Shown here: positions 58,501 through 64,000 of the stretch, piece by piece | Layout: each line of letters begins with the position of its first letter | Position numbering within the stretch: position 1 is the first letter of the stretch | Assembly (NCBI GenBank): GCA_963648435.1 | Contig: CAVJDT010000001.1 | Span: 28,524 to 92,523 of the forward strand | Length of the DNA stretch: 64,000 nucleotides | Source: Bacillota bacterium | GTDB lineage: Bacteria; Bacillota_I; Bacilli_A; ML615J-28; CAG-313 | Direction: 5' to 3' | Position numbers and translations under genes: made by a program | Notes under the pieces: model-generated | The model's input: the letters and a program-made list of their open reading frames with translations, nothing else | Database searches by the model: none | Told to the model about the DNA's origin: nothing

Positions 58501-59677
58501 TATCGTGGACGTAAGTTTGCAGCGTTGTCTCGATTTTTTCATGGCCAAGACGAGCCTGGACGTTTTTGATGTCTGCACCATTTTCTACGAGAATAGTAGC
58601 ATGAGTGTGACGCAAACTATGAAAATCAAATTCTATCTTTAATTCATGATGAATAACCCTTGAGCAATACTTGAAAGAATCAGTAGTGACAAAGCAACCA
58701 TCATCATCAACACAAAGCAGCCGAATGGTACCTTTTTTATTTTTTTGCAAGGAGAAGGTTTTCTCGTCCACTTGTGAGAGTGAATAAAACGTGTAATATT
58801 CACCATAACGCAAGCGGTTCTCATTTTGCCGAGCCTTTTCAGCTTTAAGAATTTTTAAAAGAGAGTCGCCAATTTTTATAGAACGAACAGATGCCTTGGT
58901 TTTAGTATCACCAAAACACCAAAGAGCCTTTTGGTCGCTTTTTTTTACTTTTACGATTTGCTTCTTAACAAAGAGCACCTTATTTTCAAAATCGATATCA
59001 TCCCAGGTAAGAGCAAAGACCTCACTGATTCGAAGACCAGTGTGGAACCCAATAATCAACGGCAGGTGATATTTATTACTAAAAGGGAAACGGCTAATTA
59101 TTCGATGCCAGTCTTCAAAGTTTAAAACGATTCTTTGTTTAGGAGCTCGTTCGATTTTAGGAATTTTCACCAGAGTCATAGGATTAAACTTTATAAGTTG
59201 AAGCGGTTCAATTGCATAATTTAAAGCAGTAGTTAGTAGTGATAAAATATTTACCACGTGACGACGTGAATAACCCTGTTTTTTGAGATTGTTAGCAAAG
59301 TCTTGTAAATTACTAGGGCTAAGGGCAGAGACCTTAAAATACCCCAAATTGGGCTTTAAATGATTATTAATGATTCCTTGATACGATGCCTGAGTTTTAT
59401 GGCGAAGATTAACCTTTACATACTGCTCCATCCATTTGTCAAGAAAATCACTCAAGCTGATGTCGGAAGGCTTTATTGAAGAAACACCCGAGTTATACTC
59501 AGCAAGAGCAACAGCACCAGCTTCAAGTGCTTCTTTTTTAGTACGGAATCCTGCCTTCGTAATGTGCTTTCTTTTACCGTCAATCTTAGCGGCCTCGAAC
59601 CGATATTCCCAGTTGGGCTTTTTATCGAGGTTATTTTTATTTCTATTCCTGACATTAACCTTCGCCATTTGAATCAC
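58439..59677 (-). CDS. Tyrosine-type site-specific integrase with N-terminal arm-binding domain
   Basis: 412 aa. C-terminal catalytic motifs HSLRHTHAT and LGHEKIETTLQTYVH (R..HxxR..Y); N-terminal AP2-like arm-binding region. Confidence 0.85.
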   Translation of the reverse strand: MIQMAKVNVRNRNKNNLDKKPNWEYRFEAAKIDGKRKHITKAGFRTKKEALEAGAVALAEYNSGVSSIKPSDISLSDFLDKWMEQYVKVNLRHKTQASYQGIINNHLKPNLGYFKVSALSPSNLQDFANNLKKQGYSRRHVVNILSLLTTALNYAIEPLQLIKFNPMTLVKIPKIERAPKQRIVLNFEDWHRIISRFPFSNKYHLPLIIGFHTGLRISEVFALTWDDIDFENKVLFVKKQIVKVKKSDQKALWCFGDTKTKASVRSIKIGDSLLKILKAEKARQNENRLRYGEYYTFYSLSQVDEKTFSLQKNKKGTIRLLCVDDDGCFVTTDSFKYCSRVIHHELKIEFDFHSLRHTHATILVENGADIKNVQARLGHEKIETTLQTYVHDTDEMAERSVDIFERAIGGQK

Positions 59678-60083
59678 CTAGCAATCCTTGAATATATAGA
59701 TAGCGAGCGTACAAGGTTTTGAGCTCATCATTAGAAACATCATAATCCTGTGCTTTTTCCCGAAATTCATCAAAGGATGAAATGTAAGGTAAGAGAGCAA
59801 CAGCAAACATGTTCTGAGCCTTAGCCAGATCCTGCTCATTAAGCGAATTTTTATATACAAGAAAATCTGGTTCACTTTCAGTCAAAGCTGAAAACAAGTG
59901 ATAAGCAACTGTGTGGTGTTTCTGCCATTTTGGAAGGTCAGAATTTACATGAATAAAACCATCGTAATATCCTTTAAGTTTTCCTAATGGTTCTTCAATT
60001 ATTTTTATACCAAGATTATGAGAAATAACAAATGGATCGTTTGAATTATGTTGATTGATAATTCTAGATGCAAAGTTTTTCAA
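59655..60083 (-). CDS. ImmA/IrrE-like protein with degenerate HEXXH (TVAYHLFSAL in place of TIAHELGH)
   Basis: It sits between the HTH gene and int, as ImmA does in ICEBs1-type modules, and overlaps int by 23 nt. The alignment to the ImmA metalloprotease motif is by eye only. Confidence 0.35.
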   Translation of the reverse strand: MKNFASRIINQHNSNDPFVISHNLGIKIIEEPLGKLKGYYDGFIHVNSDLPKWQKHHTVAYHLFSALTESEPDFLVYKNSLNEQDLAKAQNMFAVALLPYISSFDEFREKAQDYDVSNDELKTLYARYLYIQGLLGDSNGEG

Positions 60084-60088
60084 AACAA

Positions 60089-60490
60089 TTACCCTTTCTT
60101 TTTAAGAATTTTGCTAAGCTTTAAAGATGATTCAATGCTAGACAAAAGTAAACTTTTTGATTCATCATCCAAGTCAACACCATCAATTTGAACGATAGCA
60201 GTTTCATCTTTTAAGTCATCTATTAGGCGAGTCAAAGTTGCAGAAACATCAACGATATCGCTGGTAACGTTATATTTTTCTTTTAAAGTTTTAAAATTAG
60301 TTGTCCCCATTAGATAATCAATCGATACGCCAAAATAATCAGCAAGTTTTTTAATTTTATCATAGGGTGGCATAATTTTACCTCGCTCATACTCCCCATA
60401 GGTTGACCTTTGAACATGTAAAAATTCAGCCATATCATTTTGAGTTTTGCCAGCTTCAGCTCGCAAACTTTTTAATCTTATATTAAACAT
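60089..60490 (-). CDS. XRE-family HTH repressor (ImmR/CI-like)
   Basis: Met at 60490 follows aaaggag. HTH LRAEAGKTQNDMAEFLHVQRSTYGEYERG. Confidence 0.7.
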   Translation of the reverse strand: MFNIRLKSLRAEAGKTQNDMAEFLHVQRSTYGEYERGKIMPPYDKIKKLADYFGVSIDYLMGTTNFKTLKEKYNVTSDIVDVSATLTRLIDDLKDETAIVQIDGVDLDDESKSLLLSSIESSLKLSKILKKKG

Positions 60491-60645
60491 ATATTTAAAA
60501 ACTCCTTTCAACGAGATTATTTTAGCAATTTTTAATGGCAAAGTCAACGAAAATGGTAATTTATTATCAAATTGCTTGCATTGACATTTAAAATGGCGTA
60601 TAATGTCAGTGAAAATGGCAAAAACCAAGCAGAAAGAGGAAATAT
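60491..60645. promoter_or_regulatory. Divergent promoter region; rightward TTGCAT-17-TATAAT
   Basis: ttgcattgacatttaaaatggcgtataat. Confidence 0.55.
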
Positions 60646-60822
60646 ATGAAAACAAATCAATTAACAAAAGATGCTTATCAAATTATTTTTAAAGGCTCAA
60701 AAATGTATTTTGAGTTTAGTTATGGTGGTTTACGTACAATTCAAAAATTAGCGATGGATAACAATTGTGAAATCAAAATCAAAGTAATAAAAGTTCCCGT
60801 AGATAAAGAGGTTAACGCTTAA
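60646..60822 (+). CDS. Small protein (58 aa), possible excisionase/regulator
   Basis: RBS agaaagaggaaatat followed by ATG. Not in the track (shorter than 60 aa). It occupies the position of Xis in ICEBs1-like modules, with no motif evidence. Confidence 0.35.
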   Translation: MKTNQLTKDAYQIIFKGSKMYFEFSYGGLRTIQKLAMDNNCEIKIKVIKVPVDKEVNA

Positions 60823-61567
60823 CCAGGTTTTATCAGTATGCTAGTTAGCTGTTAAAATACAAAAAATATCGCTGGTGAGCGAATAGTAAATACACATTAA
60901 AAAACAACAATATTTATAAATAAAAAACAAAGCGGTCTTTACTAGCAAGACTATAATTTAAGAAAGAGAGGTATTTTTATGATTAACAACATTAAAGAGT
61001 TACACGAATATTTAGGAAGAAACTACACTATTGCTTATCGTAGCAAGTATTCTGATGAAGTAATGGTAAACGGTACTGTTATACATTTACCAATAAGCAA
61101 AAATAATTTAAGAAAGGAGTTGAGTAAATGACAGCCAAGGAACTAATGAAACTAATTAAAAATTGGAACGAATTTCAGATAAAAAGAATGAAAGAGAGGG
61201 GAGTATATGTCAGGAAGACCAGGTAGAAAATGTCAATTAATTAAACGAATTATAGTTCTTACAGACAAATACAAAGTCGGAAGGTTGTGGAATAAGACAA
61301 ATGAAACATTAGAAAAAATTCTAAGGGAAGTTGAGGCAAAACAGTGAGAAAGGAAATAACTGAACAAGAATATATGAAAGCCAGGAAGAAAGCCTTCTTC
61401 ATCTCAATAACAAATTCAAAGCAAGAATTATTCAAAACGAGAACACCTACCAATGATGGCTACATTGAAACGACATACATTAGAGAAGGTGACAATTATT
61501 ACAAAAAAGGTATTGACATCTAAAATGGCAAATTCTAAAATAAAAATCAAGAAAGGGGTGATACACA

Positions 61568-61753
61568 GTGGTAGATTTAAAAGAAGCTAGGGTGAAGAAA
61601 AAAATGACGCAACAAGAACTAGCAGACAAAGTCGGGGTAGTAAGACAAACCATCTCAATGATAGAGAATGGAACAAACAAGCCATCGATTGACCTAGCTA
61701 AGAAAATCGGTAAGGTTTTAAAAATCAGATGGGTAAATTTTTTTAAAGACTAA
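61568..61753 (+). CDS. XRE-family HTH protein
   Basis: HTH MTQQELADKVGVVRQTISMIENG. Confidence 0.65.
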   Translation: MVDLKEARVKKKMTQQELADKVGVVRQTISMIENGTNKPSIDLAKKIGKVLKIRWVNFFKD

Positions 61754-61783
61754 TGCCATTTCAAATGGAAAGGCGGTGCAAAA

Positions 61784-61981
61784 ATGTTATACACCGTAAA
61801 GGAAACTGCAGAAATCCTAAAGACAAATGTAGACTATGTCCACAAACTAAGGAAAGCAGGACTGCTGCCATTTATCAAATTAGGATCATACAAGGTGCGG
61901 AAAGAAGCACTGGAACAGTTTCTGAAGGAGAACGAAGGCAAAGACCTGACTGATCCATGTAACATCAAAAAATTAAAATAA
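61784..61981 (+). CDS. Excisionase-family (MerR-like HTH) DNA-binding protein
   Basis: TVKETAEILKTNVDYVHKLRKAGLLPFIKLGSYKVRKEALEQFL is typical of the Xis/excisionase-family DNA-binding domain. Confidence 0.6.
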   Translation: MLYTVKETAEILKTNVDYVHKLRKAGLLPFIKLGSYKVRKEALEQFLKENEGKDLTDPCNIKKLK

Positions 61982-62118
61982 ATGAAAGGAGAAATGAACA
62001 GTGAGCTTTATCATCGCAGTATTACAAATTACTTGTGGGGTATTATTAGCTGATTGGATCAAAAAGAAAAAACAATGAAAAAACAAGAATTATTTATAGT
62101 GAAGAAAAGGAGTAAAAC

Positions 62119-62838
62119 ATGGAAGAAAGAAAACTAAATATTTATGAAAAAATGCTCGCAATTGTTAGCGAACTAACTAGAGTAGCAAAGAATCTAGAAG
62201 TAGGATTCGGAGCAAACAAATACAAAGCAGTAGGAGAAGCTGACATTCTAGCTGCAGTAAGACCGCTAGAGGAAAAATTCAAGGTTTACTCATACCCAGC
62301 AAAACGAGAAATCGTAGAAACAGGCGAACTTGAAACTAAGGCAGGAACAAAGAACTTGTTCTTAAGAATAGCCGTAACGTACCGATTTGTGAATGTTGAA
62401 AAACCTGAAGAATTTATAGAAATCACTTCATATGGTGACGGAGTAGACAGCCAAGACAAGTCAGTAGGAAAAGCAATGACCTACGCTGACAAATACGCAT
62501 TGATGAAAGCATACAAAATCATGACCGGAGATGATCCAGACCAAAACATGAGTGAAGAACTAAAAGGTAAGACACTTCGTAATACACAATATAAGGCCGT
62601 AAATAGCCCTAATTCCACAAGTTCAAACCCAGGAGCAACAACAACTCCAATACAACAAACTCAAACAAATACGGGCGAAAAAGCGACCGAAGAACAACTA
62701 GCAATCTTATATCGTCAAGATGTAAAAGTAATTGACTATGCTTTGAAACTTTACGGACTAACAACAATCGAAGAAATATCAAGAAAGAATGCAGACACAA
62801 TCATCCAAAGCATGACAAGAAAAGGAACACTAAAATAG
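62119..62838 (+). CDS. ERF-family single-strand annealing protein
   Basis: N-terminal IYEKMLAIVSEL...ANKYKAVGEADILAAVRPLEEKF and a Pro/Thr/Gln-rich linker fit the ERF superfamily. Confidence 0.6.
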   Translation: MEERKLNIYEKMLAIVSELTRVAKNLEVGFGANKYKAVGEADILAAVRPLEEKFKVYSYPAKREIVETGELETKAGTKNLFLRIAVTYRFVNVEKPEEFIEITSYGDGVDSQDKSVGKAMTYADKYALMKAYKIMTGDDPDQNMSEELKGKTLRNTQYKAVNSPNSTSSNPGATTTPIQQTQTNTGEKATEEQLAILYRQDVKVIDYALKLYGLTTIEEISRKNADTIIQSMTRKGTLK

Positions 62839-62850
62839 AGAGGGAAAAAT

Positions 62851-63165
62851 ATGAGTGAATTAATAATTAAACAAGAAAATCAACTAATCTTAAACCCAAT
62901 GATCAGCAAACAAATTGCTGAATTCGAAAAACAAGCCAAGGCTATAAAAGAAGCCGAGGATAAACTAAAAGCTGCAATATTAGCTGAAATGGAAACACAA
63001 GGAATCATTAAACTAGACACTGAAGATTTAACAATTTCCTACGTATCAGAAACATACCGTGAATCATTCGATAGCAAAGCATTAAAGGCTGAAGACGAAG
63101 AACTCTACAACAAGTACATTAAACTATCACCAGTGAAATCCAGTATCCGAATCAAGGTAAAATAA
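62851..63165 (+). CDS. Hypothetical phage protein
   Basis: 104-aa ORF between the ERF and nuclease genes. Confidence 0.4.
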   Translation: MSELIIKQENQLILNPMISKQIAEFEKQAKAIKEAEDKLKAAILAEMETQGIIKLDTEDLTISYVSETYRESFDSKALKAEDEELYNKYIKLSPVKSSIRIKVK

Positions 63166-63764
63166 TGGAACGCTGGGAGATAGAAAACGACGTTCTAGAG
63201 TTTGACGAAGCCACCCACATATACTGGTGCAATGGCCAAAAGTGCATATCGGTAACACAACTGCTTAAAAAACAATTCCCTAAAAAATACGAGGGAATCA
63301 GCAAGGAAGTTCTAGATCGTGCAGCTGAAAAAGGAACATTCGTGCATGAAACAATCGAGATGTACGAAAAATACGGGCTCGAAGCAACCAAGACGCAAGA
63401 GTTCAGAGATTACATGTTCCTAAAAAACCAGTTTAAATTCAAAGTACTAGATAACGAGCTTCCTATAATCCTAAAGTACGAAGATTTAATAGTAGCAGGA
63501 AGACTCGACATGGTGCTACAAGAAAACGGAAAGACAGGGCTTGGAGACATTAAATGCACAGCCACCTTGGATAAAGAATACCTAGCATACCAGCTCAACC
63601 TTTATAAATTAGGATACGAGCAATGCTACGGAGAAAAAGTGGAAATCTTAAGAGCCTTCCATTTAAAGAATGGAGCACGAAGATACGTAACCATTCCAAT
63701 CAACGAACCAGCAGTAATAGAACTGCTAGAAAATTACAGAAAAGAGGTAAATATGAATGAGTAA
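63165..63764 (+). CDS. PD-(D/E)XK nuclease superfamily protein (phage exonuclease-like)
   Basis: Motifs GTFVHE...GRLDMV...GDIKC (D...D-x-K); paired with the ERF annealing protein. Confidence 0.55.
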   Translation: MERWEIENDVLEFDEATHIYWCNGQKCISVTQLLKKQFPKKYEGISKEVLDRAAEKGTFVHETIEMYEKYGLEATKTQEFRDYMFLKNQFKFKVLDNELPIILKYEDLIVAGRLDMVLQENGKTGLGDIKCTATLDKEYLAYQLNLYKLGYEQCYGEKVEILRAFHLKNGARRYVTIPINEPAVIELLENYRKEVNMNE

Positions 63765-63767
63765 AAA

Positions 63768-64000
63768 AACAGTTATTAATGAGATTATGGACGTTTATGA
63801 GGAAAATGAAAGATTAAAAACAAAAATTGAAAGATTAATAGGAAAGTACGAAGCAAAATCATCATGCGATGTTGCAGAAGAATCAAAACAACAAACAGAT
63901 GAAGATATGCTCAATGAACTCGGAAAAGAACAGTTATTCGAAACCATATTCAGGACATGGAGTGCACCTAGTGTAATGGTTAAAGAAGACAATGAATTTA
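63768..64000 (+). CDS. Hypothetical protein, 3' truncated by window edge
   Basis: ORF begins with ATG after aggtaaatatgaatgag; no stop before the window end. Confidence 0.3.

Larger units (their letters stand above)
55280..64000. mobile_element. Composite integrated element: a serine-recombinase lysogeny module at the rlmD 3' end followed by a tyrosine-integrase / ImmA-like / ImmR-like module and a phage-like early region; the right end lies beyond the window
   Basis: Two integrase classes, two CI/Cro-like switches, excisionase-family, ERF and nuclease genes, and a local GC rise to about 45-50% at 58150-58700. Confidence 0.7.

Noticed and set aside
58172-58581. Three overlapping minus-strand ORFs (58172..58426, 58183..58380, 58384..58581)
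   Set aside because: They lie in a GC-rich non-coding att/arm-site region and partly antisense to the integrase 3' end, with low-complexity products and no RBS. They are likely spurious.

Overview
This is a low-GC (about 28-30% GC), standard-genetic-code chromosomal segment. It looks like an anaerobic, wall-less or low-GC Firmicutes-like (Mycoplasmatota/Erysipelotrichia-type) organism, with long TGA-free ORFs and many lipoproteins. From left to right the conserved backbone holds: a partial mntP; a guanine-riboswitch-controlled purine permease cluster (an AzgA-type permease, an NCS2 xanthine/uracil permease, and a second AzgA-type copy killed by a 13-bp deletion); a trimeric NuoE/NuoF-linked [FeFe] hydrogenase (hydC, hydB, hydA); a surface 5'-nucleotidase lipoprotein; a sigma-70-family sigma factor, a putative anti-sigma factor and a subtilase; a complete Enterococcus-hirae-type V-ATPase operon; pepT, MarR and DegV genes; two ABC systems; an acyltransferase; and rlmD (rumA). 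Interleaved with these are decaying accessory regions. One is a tandem lipoprotein duplication followed by a C39-like peptidase pseudogene. Another is a cat pseudogene that keeps a consensus promoter. A third is an ISL3 transposase remnant truncating a DUF1016 nuclease gene, next to tRNA-Leu(CAA). The right 9 kb is a composite integrative element. It has a large serine recombinase inserted at the 3' end of rlmD with a CI/Cro-like switch. Next to it sits a GC-richer tyrosine-integrase / ImmA-like / ImmR-like module with arm-type repeats, followed by a phage early region with an excisionase-family protein, an ERF annealing protein and a PD-(D/E)XK nuclease. The most unusual non-genic signals are a perfect 107-bp tandem repeat array (at least 4 copies) upstream of the sigma factor gene, a structured terminator-containing leader with a 21-codon uORF upstream of a MATE efflux gene, and an AlbA_2/Schlafen-like regulator whose putative operator 10-mer is repeated four times inside its own coding sequence. 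HydA has a non-canonical H-cluster L1 motif (TSCSPGW). No CRISPR array and no rRNA gene were seen.
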